A stretch of DNA of 64,000 nucleotides from Nitrospirota bacterium (lineage in GTDB: Bacteria; Nitrospirota; JACRHJ01): assembly GCA_963733375.1 (NCBI GenBank), contig CAVTDB010000025.1:32001-96000 (forward strand), written 5' to 3'. The notes under the pieces were generated by a model. It worked only from the letters and a program-made list of their open reading frames with translations, made no database searches and was not told where the DNA came from. Both the position numbers and the translations under genes were made by a program. Shown piece after piece: positions 34,461 through 45,688 of this stretch (within the stretch, counting starts at the first letter, position 1; each line of letters opens with the position of its first letter).

Positions 34461-35042
34461 TTAGATGCATTTAATCATGTATAGACAGGCGTTTCCCCTG
34501 ACTTTTCTATCTATCTCTTCCTTGTTCATGCCCGAGCGGCTCGCGCCCTCCGTCGAATAGACGGTCCTGTCGCCGGTTGTGTTTCTGCAGGCGATCTGAA
34601 GTATCTGCGTCCTTTTGTTGTTAATCCTGACATGCTCCGCTATCTGGGACCTGATGGTCTGGTGCACTATGCAGAACGGATGGAGCACGCCCTCTTTCTT
34701 CTTGTAATAAAACTTATACTTCTCGGTCACTTCATGGAAATGCTCCGGCAGTTTCCCCTCTGCCTCAAATACTTTAAGGAGACTCGCCATCGGGCAGTTC
34801 TTGAGTTGTGCGATTTCTCCGTCTATATGAGACCCGCCTTCCAGCATGTGGAGCGGAGATTTTCCGTTTTTATGGTCTTCCAGGAAATTATCGAGGCTTT
34901 CATAGTCCTTCATTTCCAGTTCGTTTGCGATCTTCTTACCGATTTCCGTCAGGTCGAAGAGTATCGCGGATATCATTTTCCTGCTGGGGTTTAAAACCTC
35001 GGTCGCCCAGTCTTTTGTAAGTCTTCTCGCAAGAAGCGGCAT
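34461..35042 (-). CDS. Hypothetical Cys/His-containing protein (V4R-like pattern)
   Basis: KNCPM, HPFCIVH, IACR, NACLY; GGAG SD before ATG 35042. Confidence 0.65.
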   Translation of the reverse strand: MPLLARRLTKDWATEVLNPSRKMISAILFDLTEIGKKIANELEMKDYESLDNFLEDHKNGKSPLHMLEGGSHIDGEIAQLKNCPMASLLKVFEAEGKLPEHFHEVTEKYKFYYKKKEGVLHPFCIVHQTIRSQIAEHVRINNKRTQILQIACRNTTGDRTVYSTEGASRSGMNKEEIDRKVRGNACLYMIKCI

Positions 35043-35172
35043 CGTAACTCTCCTGATTCTCCCTAAGTTGCAGTACACAGACAAAACTAACCCGAAAGGA
35101 TTATATAATCCTATACTCGCAGCGTCTAATTAGTTTATTTAATGGGGTTATTAACAGGGCAAATATCAAATT

Positions 35173-35203
35173 AAAAAAGGGGCCATGGAATTCCATGACC
35201 CCC
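35173..35203 (-). terminator. Terminator downstream of tRNA-Arg
   Basis: GGGGTCATGG/CCATGGCCCC stem followed by T6 on the minus strand. Confidence 0.8.
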
Positions 35204-35212
35204 TGATTTTAT

Positions 35213-35289
35213 TGGTGCGCCCTAGAAGATTCGAACTTCTGACCTACGGTTCCGTAGACCGTCGCTCTATCCAGCTGAGCTAAGGGCGC
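35213..35289 (-). tRNA. tRNA-Arg(ACG)
   Basis: GCGCCCT acceptor stem, anticodon arm ACGGT-CTACGGA-ACCGT, TTCGAAT T-loop, encoded CCA. Confidence 0.97.
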
Positions 35290-35389
35290 AAACCCTAAAA
35301 CAAAATATTTCTTCCCGGTACGGCAAGGTGCGGCGGCCGGTTCAAATAGTTTCTCCGCCCCGTCTCCCCCCGTGTCCGCCCCGGTCCGG

Positions 35390-35902
35390 TTAGCTCTTCA
35401 CCCCGCCGGAAAGAGTGATCGCGAACTCCGGATGGTTGAATGCGTGGGTGGACGGGAACCTCTGGAACAGCCAGCCCTTGAAGACCTCCTTGCCGCCCTC
35501 GGTGATTATGACCTTCGCCGCCGGGTTAGTCGGCTCGTTTGAGGCGGACGTGACATTCATGCCCTGCATCACGAAGGATGGGACGAAGTCTTCGGCCTTT
35601 ATGGAAAGCTTCGTCCCCGGGACCGGGGTCTCCTCGCCTATCTTCGCCTCAAAATCCTTCGAGGTCTTCTTGGTCTTGTCCAGCACCGTCAACTTTATCG
35701 CCTTCCATTTACCTTTGACTTCCGGCGGAATGCTTACTGTGGCCTGCTGCCCTTTCTGGGGGAGTATCAGATTGGTCTGGGGCGCCTGCGCCGGAGCCGG
35801 AGCCTGTTCTTCCTGTTTTGCCTGTTCCTGCTTTGAGCAGGCGGAGACGGTTAACGCAAGCAGACCTGCGATTGCAATTGCCGACATTTTCTTCAGCATC
35901 AT
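35390..35902 (-). CDS. Lipoprotein, DUF2155-like
   Basis: GGAGG SD, lipobox VSAC, Ala/Pro linker, NPAAKV...FKGWLFQRFPSTHAFNHP; lies inside the serS-tRNA cluster. Confidence 0.8.
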   Translation of the reverse strand: MMLKKMSAIAIAGLLALTVSACSKQEQAKQEEQAPAPAQAPQTNLILPQKGQQATVSIPPEVKGKWKAIKLTVLDKTKKTSKDFEAKIGEETPVPGTKLSIKAEDFVPSFVMQGMNVTSASNEPTNPAAKVIITEGGKEVFKGWLFQRFPSTHAFNHPEFAITLSGGVKS

Positions 35903-35944
35903 TTCTACCTCCGGGTTTAAATTGCATCTCACTTGCGATTTAAC

Positions 35945-36036
35945 TGGCGGAGAGGCAGGGATTCGAACCCTGGGTGGAGTGTTACCCCCACAACCGCTTA
36001 GCAGGCGGCTGCCTTCGGCCACTCGGCCACCTCTCC
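35945..36036 (-). tRNA. tRNA-Ser(GCT)
   Basis: GGAGAGG acceptor stem, GCCGC-CTGCTAA-GCGGT anticodon arm, long variable arm, CCA. Confidence 0.97.
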
Positions 36037-36048
36037 ATAAAGCAATTC

Positions 36049-36149
36049 GTTCTTTTCTTTTCAGGTGAAAAGAAAAGTAACCAAAAGAAAGCCGGATTTT
36101 GAGCCCAGCTTTTCTTTGTCTTACTTTCTTTTCCCGAAAAGAAAGTAAG
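36049..36149. repeat. Bipartite AT-rich hairpin/mirror repeat, locus 3
   Basis: Two inverted units: GTTCTTTTCTTTTCA-GG-TGAAAAGAAAAGTAAC-CAAAAGAAAGC and GCTTTTCTTTGT-CTTACTTTCTTTTC-CC-GAAAAGAAAGTAAG. Confidence 0.9.
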
Positions 36150-36158
36150 GGTTTTTCT

Positions 36159-36244
36159 TGGCGGAGGGAGTAGGATTCGAACCCACGGGGCTTTCGCCCT
36201 GCGGTTTTCAAGACCGCCGCCTTAAACCACTCGGCCATCCCTCC
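36159..36244 (-). tRNA. tRNA-Ser(TGA)
   Basis: GGAGGGA acceptor stem, GCGGT-CTTGAAA-ACCGC anticodon arm, long variable arm, CCA. Confidence 0.97.
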
Positions 36245-36246
36245 CT

Positions 36247-37569
<1,323 letters not shown>

Positions 37570-37689
37570 CTGAGTCCCGGCGCTTTAGAATTATGGATAA
37601 AATAGCCGCGGCAAAAAAACAGACCGGCCCGGCCTTTAAGGGATGAAATTTAACAGATTATATTTGGTAAGTCAAGGGGTTTCGGCATT

Positions 37690-37718
37690 AAAAAAGGGGC
37701 GGGAGAGACCCGCCCCTT
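37690..37718 (-). terminator. Intrinsic terminator
   Basis: AAGGGGCGGG/CCCGCCCCTT stem with a T-tract on the minus strand. Confidence 0.8.
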
Positions 37719-37731
37719 CTTCAATTGTCAT

Positions 37732-39050
37732 TCAGCACCGTCCCCTGCATCCGCCGCCGCCAAAGCCGCCTCCACCAAAGGAGCGGCCTCCACCGGAGAA
37801 CCCGCCGCCGCTCCCGCCGAAGGAACGGCCTCCGCCGCCGCTAAAAGAATGACCTCCGCCGGGCGCGGCGCCGCTAAACGACCTGCCGCCGCCGCTAATA
37901 TCGGCTTCCTTCGCTCCGCCGGGTTGGAAAAAGTTCTGGGCGCAGGGAGCGGGGGTGTAAAGTGCGCGCCGCCCGCCGCAGGACTCGCCTGGCGGCCGCC
38001 CGCGCCGAAGCTCCTTGCGCCGCCCGTGTTTGCAGAAGGTCTGGCTGCCTGGCTGGCTGCGCTCCGATTGAAGATGCTCCTGGCCCTGTTCGCATCGAAC
38101 CCCTTGTTCCGCCCGAGGCGATACCGCTCCTTTGCAGCGTAGTCCCGCGCGTTACCGGTCTTTGGGCCGGTTGGAGCGACAGAAGTCTTAAGCGCGGCCA
38201 TCCTCCTGGTCTGGATCGTCCTGTCCGCCAGGGTCGTCCTCGCTCCGGGTATTGTTTGAGCGAAGGTCGCGGGCAGTGTGCGCGTCACGGGATTTATGGC
38301 GGTAACAGCCTTCGTCTTCGGGTCCACAATATGGTTTGAGAGAGTTCTCGTTCTGAACCGCTCGTGTGTGAAACCTCCGCGTCCACCCCGGACTATGACC
38401 GTGCCGCCGCTGCCGACTCCGACCACGCAGTCAAAATCCGTCAGGATAAAAAACCCGGGGAACCAGACGCCGCCCCACCAGAAAGGGAACGGGTCCCACG
38501 CGTAAAGGTAGTCGTAATCGTAAGGAGGCGGATAATAAGTCACTACCGGCGGGCCTTCGTCGTAGTAATAGTTATCTATTACTGTCGGCGGGTATCCTTC
38601 CGCATCGTCCCCGTACTGGCTGGATTCCTGCCACGATTTATAACCCTCCGGAGGGTTTTCCCCTGCCGCCTTGACTGGAAGCCCCATGCTTGCATTGAGC
38701 TTATCGAGTGCCTCGGCAGCCTTTTTGGAGTTCATGGACAGCTTTTTGTCCTTAGCGGATTTCACTACCGCGCTGTGGACTTCAGCCACGATATCGGGCG
38801 TGACCGGAAAATCCGATATCCATCCGGATATCGGCGCAATCCCTAAAGAAGCCAATTTGGATTCCGCCTGGACCTCGTCCATTTTGCCGAGCTTCAGCGT
38901 ATCCGCGATACGTACCGCGTAATCGCCCTCGCGCACGAGCGTCTGGGATACGGGAGGTTTTTCTTTATTCTTTGCGGCGTCAGCCGCGTGCGTCAACGCC
39001 GGCATGAAAGCCAGCAACGCCGAAAGCATAAGTAATGAAAGGAGTTTCAT
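37732..39050 (-). CDS. Exported protein with Tyr/Pro-rich middle and Gly-rich tail (frameshift near 37900)
   Basis: Signal peptide, YYPPPYDYDYLYAWDPFPFWW; the corrected frame ends GGGHSFSGGGGRSF...GGCRGRC*. Confidence 0.75.
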
Positions 39051-39216
39051 AATTCTTTCCATCCTTTCAAATCTCGCTATTAATACCTGTTCCTGTTTAT
39101 ATATTATACAATTTTCAAGCCTTTTCCGCAATTGCCCACAGACGTCCGGAGAGCTGTTTGACAGCAAATCCATGTGCGGTTAAGCTTGAGATTAAACCTG
39201 AAAAACGGAGGGAAAC

Positions 39217-39498
39217 ATGGAGATTCCGAAAGTGCTTGCGTGCTCGGTAAACGAATGCGCCTTCAACAGTAACAAGGAATGTCACGCCCTTGCCATAAAT
39301 GTCGGGGGACACCATCCCGCATGCGATACCTTCACCAACCACGGGCACAATGCAGGGGGAACCGAGAACATGGGGATAGGCGCCTGCAAGGTGGACCACT
39401 GCAAATTCAACAAGTCCCTTACGTGCAGCGCTCCGGGGATAACGGTCGGCCACCACGAGCACCACGCCGACTGCAAGACCTACATCCCCGCGTCCTGA
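39217..39498 (+). CDS. DUF1540-like Cys-rich protein (two repeats)
   Basis: CSVNECAFN..CHA..I.V..CDTF and CKVDHCKFN..CSA..I.V..CKTY; GGAGG SD. Confidence 0.85.
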   Translation: MEIPKVLACSVNECAFNSNKECHALAINVGGHHPACDTFTNHGHNAGGTENMGIGACKVDHCKFNKSLTCSAPGITVGHHEHHADCKTYIPAS

Positions 39499-39559
39499 GC
39501 ATGTCCGGAACCTGGGCAGGCCGAGGGTGGGTGCAAGCCCTTAAAGTTTACGTGTTGCG

Positions 39560-41657
39560 CTATGTCCTGAGGCTGTCTGGAGGCGGGGGCGGGGCGGATT
39601 TAAGCGCCGCCAGCGCCGCCAGCGCCGCCTCCACCCTGTCTATCTCTTCTTTTCGCAGGCCCGGGCCGCCGAACCTGGCCCTGTTGTAAGCTTCCGTTAT
39701 CCAGGAGATTTCAGAGTAGGCCGGGCCGCAGATTTCAAGGACATGGCCGGCGAACTCACGCGGGGTCTGGGCCGCTCCTTTATTAATCCCCTTCTTTTTC
39801 AATACGTCAAGCAGCTTCCTGTAAAAGCCGCCGGGGCCTTTTTTAAGTCCGGGACGTCTTTAAAAATTTCCTCCCGAGTAAAATAGCCGCCCCCACAAAA
39901 CCCAATAAAACCGCTATGCCAGCCATGCCTGCCGCCCGATTGCCGAGCCTGGCTTTGCCCTTGAACAAGTCCTGAAAACCGCGCCCGGAGGGGGTTTTAA
40001 ACGAGCTTAAAGCCTCCCGGAGCCGGGCCGCAAAGTTGATAAGATTTTTTGCCATGCCTGCCTGGTCCCGCAGGCTGTAGAAGATAATGTACCTGTCCCA
40101 TTTATACCGGAGGTAGTCTATAAGGCCCGCGGCCCCGAAAAGCACGCTTTTTTCTTTTATCGGCGCGGGAGGGGTCGGGTCGAACCTGACCCAGCCGGAA
40201 TTTTTTATATACGCCTCCACCCAGGTATGCGCATCCTGCGCCCGTACTGTATAATAGCCCCCGTAGGAGTTCCACTCTCCGCCGTGAAAGCCTGAGATAA
40301 GCCTGGCCGGCACGCCCGACGACCGGAGCAGCAGCACCATCGCGGTGGCGAAATGCTCGCAGTAGCCCTTCTTGGAATGGAACAGGAAGTTGTTGACGGG
40401 GTCCCCGCCGTTTTTGCCGCCCGGCTCCAGCGAATACGAATAGTTCGACTGGAGGTAGTCCTGTACTTCCAGCGCCTTTTTCAGAGGGCTGTCGGTGCGC
40501 CGGGTTATTCTCCCTGCAAGGCCCCTTAGCCCATCCATGCCGTCCGTGAGCTGAAGATAGTAGTCCGCGTCCCGTGCATCGCGGTGCGCGGCGGACGCTT
40601 TTTTCGGCGGATAAAGTACGGAGCATGCGATATAGCTGATCCTGCCTTCCGGCGCGGTGGTTAAGGAAAATGCGCCGGAACGGTCGGTTATCACCGCCTT
40701 GAAATCGCCATTTATTGCGTATGCCGGGTAAAGGGCGAATAATGTCGGGTTCTCCAGCGGTTCCAGCATGATCCGCTGGGTGACGCACCTGCGCGGCATC
40801 GGCCCTGCGCTGCCGAGTATGAACGAAGCGGCGGGACCTTTCAGCAGGACCTTGCTGGAGCCTAATTTATTTTCCCAGGAGGAGCCGTTATAATAATCGA
40901 AGACCTTGCCCCTCCAGTAAAGCTCGGACTCCGGCGGCCTGTCCCCGTCTATCTGCACGCGCATCACGGTGGTCGGGTCGAGCAACAGCTCCCCCATCGA
41001 GCCCAGTTTCACGCTGTCCGAAAAACCGGATATCTTGAGGGCCCCGCCCGCGCGCTTGCTGAAATATCCTATACCCACGCGGGGGATGACGAGGAATATA
41101 GCCAGCGTAAACGCGGTCGAGCAAAGCGTCAAAAGGGCGGTGGAGACAAAGAACTTCCGGCTCATCTTCCACCTGGGCTCTTTGCCTGTCAGGGCCTCCG
41201 ACTCTCCCTTCATCGTCAGCAGGATCATGGCCCAGGCAAGCGAGAGGAAAAAGAGCATGAACGAAAAGAGGAAGCTGAACTCGGTGGAGAGCGCGGTGGA
41301 GGACAAAAGCAGGAAGAAACTTATAATGTAGAGTTGAGCATAGTCCTTGTATTCGTTCAGGGACAAAAGCTTCAGGACGAGAAGGATAACCAGGAAATCG
41401 GCGCCCGCGACTATCAGGGAGCCGCCGACATACAGGAAATCAAAGACCGCGAATACCGAGGCGGCAACGACGATCGCCGCCACAGGCCGTTTTCCGAGGA
41501 CCGGCCGGGCGTACCTGACATTGAGCATGCCCAGAAGGACAAACAGGATTGCAGGCGCCACCATCCAGTCCGGGGCCTCCCGCGTCAAAAAAAGGGAGAG
41601 GAGCGCGGAGAGCGCGACCATCCTGGACGAAAATGCGAGGCCCTGTTTAAATTCCAT
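39560..41657 (-). CDS. Membrane transglutaminase-like protein (DUF3488/TGase/DUF4129; frameshift near 39840)
   Basis: Multiple TMs, LYWRG, GYCEHFATAM, HTWVE, WVRFDPT; C-terminal QTPREFA...YNRARFG. Confidence 0.92.
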
Positions 41658-42794
41658 CCGCCGCCTCCACGGTTGCCGGCCGGCCGGCCGTCTCCGGCAA
41701 TCTGGCCACGCACGTAACTCCGGCTATGGAAGCAGACGACGCCCAGCCGCAGTCTTTTTCGGGCAGAATAAGCACCGACGGCCATTCGGATAATATCCCC
41801 GAAATATCCCCCTGCCCCCCCTGCTCCCCCTGGTCAAGCGAGGGGCATAAGATCCGCGAGCTCGTCCATAAGGCTGATATAATCCCGGCCATCCAAAACG
41901 GGCCCGACGGCGGACGAACGGCTCACAAGGAAAGCGGGCCGTTCAAGGTCGAAAATTATGTGCCTGATAAAAGACGCGGCAAGCGATACCGCCTCTTCGA
42001 AATGCTCCGCATAGCCGTCCGGCTGACTTATCGGGACAAGGTTGTCTATTATTACGGCGACCGCCTGTCTCTCCTGGGCCTCGTACTCCTTAGTGAGGAG
42101 CCTGCCCGCCCGGGCCGAGGCCTTCCAGTGGATACCCCTTGCGTCCTCCGGGAAAGAGTACTCCCGAAGCGACCGGAGGTCGGTCCCCTGTCCCTTCCGT
42201 TAAGACTGATTCTCGCCCTGAAGGCTCCTGGACAAGCCCTCCGACAGCCCGGCGGGCAACGACCTTATCCTAGGATAGATGGTGCAGGATTCCTCCCTCC
42301 TGACGAGCACGGCCTTCCTGAATAGCCCGAACGGGTAGCGCGTGGCTATTTCATAGCCGGAGGTAGTCCAGCGGCCTCTTTTTGCTATCGTCTCAAGCGC
42401 CTGCGCGTCCCCTTCCTCGCCCGGCCCCAGCCGGAACACGAATGCGCCCGCGGTTTTTGACCCTTCTTTATTTTTCTGGGACACGGCCAAAGCGTATGAC
42501 GAGGCCATTTTATTGTAGATTTTTGAGCTTGAAGCGAAGCGGAAAGGGGCTTCCGGCATATATCTCCGGCGGCACCTTCCTGTCCACACGGATTGACCAG
42601 AGGACCAAGTCCGAAAGAATACCGGAAATCAGCATCATGGAGAGCATCATGGCGACAATAAGGTAGAGGAGGTTGCTTCCGCTGTTTACCGCGGCGACCC
42701 CCACGGCAAGCGTCACCATGATGAACCTGCTCCCAAGGGCCGTAAACGTCAGGCTCCTGCCGCCGTAAGAGATATTGACGGGACGAAGTTTCAT
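41647..42794 (-). CDS. DUF58 domain protein (several frameshifts)
   Basis: AAVNSGSNLLYL, TRYPFGLF, IYP; adjacent to MoxR and transglutaminase genes. Confidence 0.85.
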
Positions 42795-42874
42795 TTAGAA
42801 ATTTTATCATATAATATCCGCCCCGGTTAAGATATTCTTTGACTGCCGCCATGTCGTAAGCTAATATTTCTTTC

Positions 42875-43813
42875 ATGGATACTCACGGCATGATAAAAAA
42901 ACTGATAGAGAACGTCGAGAGCGTGGTCAGGGGCAAGCCCGAGGCGGTCCATTTAGCCGTCGTGGCCCTTATCGCGCGGGGGCACCTCTTAATCGAGGAC
43001 GTGCCGGGCGTCGGGAAGACGACCCTGGCCCATAGCCTTGCCCGTTCGATCAACTGCTCCTTCCACAGGGTGCAGTTCACCTCGGACCTGATGCCCTCGG
43101 ACATCACCGGCGTAACGGTTTATGACCAGCTCCGGGCGGAGTTTGTCTTTAAGAAGGGCCCTATATTCGCGAACATCATCCTGGCGGACGAGATTAACCG
43201 CACCACGCCCAAGACCCAGAGCGCGCTCTTAGAAGCTATGAACGAGGGGCAGGTCTCGGTGGAGAAGGAGACTTATCCCCTTCCGAGTCCGTTCATGGTG
43301 GTGGCGACGCAGAACCCGCTGGAGTTCAGCGGCACTTTCCCCCTGCCGGAATCCCAGATGGACAGGTTTCTAATCCGCATGAGACTCGGATATCCAAGCC
43401 TTTCCTCCGAAAAAGAAATACTTAAGGACAGGCTGCGCGGGGAGCGGCAGAATGAGGTTTCGGCGGTCCTCTCGGGCGGGGAGGTCACGGCCCTCCAGGA
43501 GAGCGCGGACAGGGTAAAGATGGACGAGAGCCTGCTGGATTATATCCTTGCCATAGTGGAGGCGACCAGGCGCTCTGATAGACTTTCGCTGGGCGTAAGC
43601 CCGCGCGGGACCATTTTCCTGCAAAGGGCGGCCAAGGCGATGGCGGTCACGGAAGGCAGGGACTACTGCATCCCGGACGATATCAAGAGGCTGGCGGTGC
43701 CGGTACTTTCGCACAGGGTCATAACGAGCGCGAAGGCAGGCTACCGCGGCAGGAACGAAGACGCGGAAGAGGTTATCAAAGATATTATAGATTCAATAGA
43801 AGTGCCAATCTAA
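42875..43813 (+). CDS. moxR: MoxR family AAA+ ATPase
   Basis: EDVPGVGKT, QFTSDLMPSD, LADEINR, ATQNP, LPESQMDRF, GVSPRG. Confidence 0.95.
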   Translation: MDTHGMIKKLIENVESVVRGKPEAVHLAVVALIARGHLLIEDVPGVGKTTLAHSLARSINCSFHRVQFTSDLMPSDITGVTVYDQLRAEFVFKKGPIFANIILADEINRTTPKTQSALLEAMNEGQVSVEKETYPLPSPFMVVATQNPLEFSGTFPLPESQMDRFLIRMRLGYPSLSSEKEILKDRLRGERQNEVSAVLSGGEVTALQESADRVKMDESLLDYILAIVEATRRSDRLSLGVSPRGTIFLQRAAKAMAVTEGRDYCIPDDIKRLAVPVLSHRVITSAKAGYRGRNEDAEEVIKDIIDSIEVPI

Positions 43814-43947
43814 AGCCCTCCTCCCAGAGCTATTCTAAAGTTCGGATTAAACGATCGTTTTGATATATGTGGAATTCAAAAATCTTGTAACGAAAAGACA
43901 ATAATTTCGGTCTTGTTATACTATAGGGGAAGACTTCGGAGTGGGTT

Positions 43948-45024
43948 ATGAAAAATTTGGCCACATCAATTGCAACAATTGTTACCATAACCGCCTTAAT
44001 TTTCCTTATAGACATCGCCACACCCGGGGAAGTTGAGGTCGGGATGGCCTATATACTACCGTTGATCGTAGCATCCCGATTAAGCCGTGCCAGTTACATC
44101 TACATTCTGGCGGCAGTTTTTTCATTTCCGCTTATCTTCGGCTTTATGTTCTCCCCACCCCAAGTCCAGCCCGAAATTGCGACCATAAACCGCTGTATTG
44201 CCCTGTTAACCTTATGGCTGATGGCATTTCTTTTATCATCGCAAAAGAAGTCCGAGGAAGCACTCCGGGATATGGACAGGCTGAAGGCCCGGCAGGAGGC
44301 CATGGAGGTTCTGCAACAGCAGAAAGACGAATTATACGCGATGGTCACCCACGACCTGAAATCGCCTCTTACGTCCATGCTCGGCTATGCGGAACTTATG
44401 GCCGACATGCTGTCTAAAAATAAAGACTGCGGCCAGGATATTTTGGAGATGGCACAGGCCGTAAAGTCGGGAGGAGATAAGCTTGGCAACATCGTTGAGA
44501 ACTTTTTAGCAAGCGCGGCGTTGGAATCCGGAAAGATAGAGATTGAAAGGGCTTCCGTTAACCTGGGGGATGTACTCAATGATGCAAAAGAGTCCTTCTT
44601 GCCGGAAGCCAAAAAGAAAAAGATCACGATTATAACTAGTGCAGGAAATTTGCCGGTTGCGTTTATAGACAGGAAATATATCGACAGGGCTGTCGCAAAC
44701 CTTGTCCAGAATGCGCTTATTTATACGCCTCCCGGCGGAAGAGTGGACCTGAAGGCTGAGAGGGTTGACGCCTTAATAGCTATCTCCGTGCATGATACCG
44801 GACCTGGTATTGCAGACTATGAGAAAGATAAAATTTTCGAAAAATATTATCGATCTTCAACAACCAGCAGAACAAAAGGAACAGGCCTCGGCCTATTGAT
44901 TGTCAAATTGGTTGCCGAAGCGCACGGGGGACACGTGGAAGTTCAAAGTGAGATGGGCAAGGGCAGCGTGTTCACTATCTATTTGCCTGTGGACCTTAAT
45001 ACACGAAAAGCAACCGATATTTGA
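43948..45024 (+). CDS. Membrane sensor histidine kinase (no adjacent regulator)
   Basis: N-terminal TMs, HDLKSPL H-box, NLVQNA, DTGPGI, GTGLGL. Confidence 0.93.
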   Translation: MKNLATSIATIVTITALIFLIDIATPGEVEVGMAYILPLIVASRLSRASYIYILAAVFSFPLIFGFMFSPPQVQPEIATINRCIALLTLWLMAFLLSSQKKSEEALRDMDRLKARQEAMEVLQQQKDELYAMVTHDLKSPLTSMLGYAELMADMLSKNKDCGQDILEMAQAVKSGGDKLGNIVENFLASAALESGKIEIERASVNLGDVLNDAKESFLPEAKKKKITIITSAGNLPVAFIDRKYIDRAVANLVQNALIYTPPGGRVDLKAERVDALIAISVHDTGPGIADYEKDKIFEKYYRSSTTSRTKGTGLGLLIVKLVAEAHGGHVEVQSEMGKGSVFTIYLPVDLNTRKATDI

Positions 45025-45254
45025 AATAATTTTTCCCTCTACTAATTCTTCCCCAAATCCCCCCGGATTTCCATAAGTCTTTTCTTAAAAAGCTTTTTCT
45101 TGCAGTCGGGGAGAAGGCTTTAGCCACCTTAAACAAAATAAATTATTATATTTTTACTTGACACAAACAAATAATTGTGCAAAACTGGAAGCAACGTAAT
45201 ATGGGGCTTTTTGAATAACTTTAATTTGCGAGAAGTAAAAAAAGGAGCCTGATT

Positions 45255-45593
45255 ATGCATGAGGTCCTTGCTATCTCAGCGATTTTGACGGCGGCGGCTT
45301 TTCTCATTTCCAGCTTCGCGGTCTTCTGGCCCGAGTACAGGGAGGCGCAAAAAAGAGAGGCGGCCGGGACAGAGGACACGTCGGGTGCGGCGGCGGGTGC
45401 ATCAGCGGCGGCAGGCGCGGGGGGGGCGGCTTGGGCGGGTGGGGCCGGGGGTTCAGGCCAGTCAGGCAACTATCCGGAATATAACATCGCTGGGCCGGAA
45501 GACATGAAGCGGTATTTCTTTAATTCTTCGGCATGCCCGGCGGCGGAGCAGGAAGAGGAACAGGAAGTCCTCGCGCTGGCGGCAAGGGATTAG
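45255..45593 (+). CDS. Small membrane-anchored hypothetical protein
   Basis: AAGGAG SD, TTGACA-17-AAAACT promoter at 45158-45186, one TM, Ala/Gly linker, acidic end. Confidence 0.55.
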   Translation: MHEVLAISAILTAAAFLISSFAVFWPEYREAQKREAAGTEDTSGAAAGASAAAGAGGAAWAGGAGGSGQSGNYPEYNIAGPEDMKRYFFNSSACPAAEQEEEQEVLALAARD

Positions 45594-45688
45594 GCCCAGG
45601 CGGCAGGCTATCAGACCAGCGCAAGCGGCACGGGATTAAGGCAGGCGCAGGCGGTAGCGGGATTAGGAAGACGCGGGCGGCAGCGGCA

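Noticed and set aside
35903-36238. N-terminal extension of ORF 35390..36238
   Set aside because: It runs through two tRNA genes and a repeat; the real start is near 35902, with an SD and lipobox.
36159-36244. tRNA with TGA as a selenocysteine or suppressor tRNA
   Set aside because: Anticodon TGA reads UCA (Ser); tRNA-Sec would have anticodon TCA.
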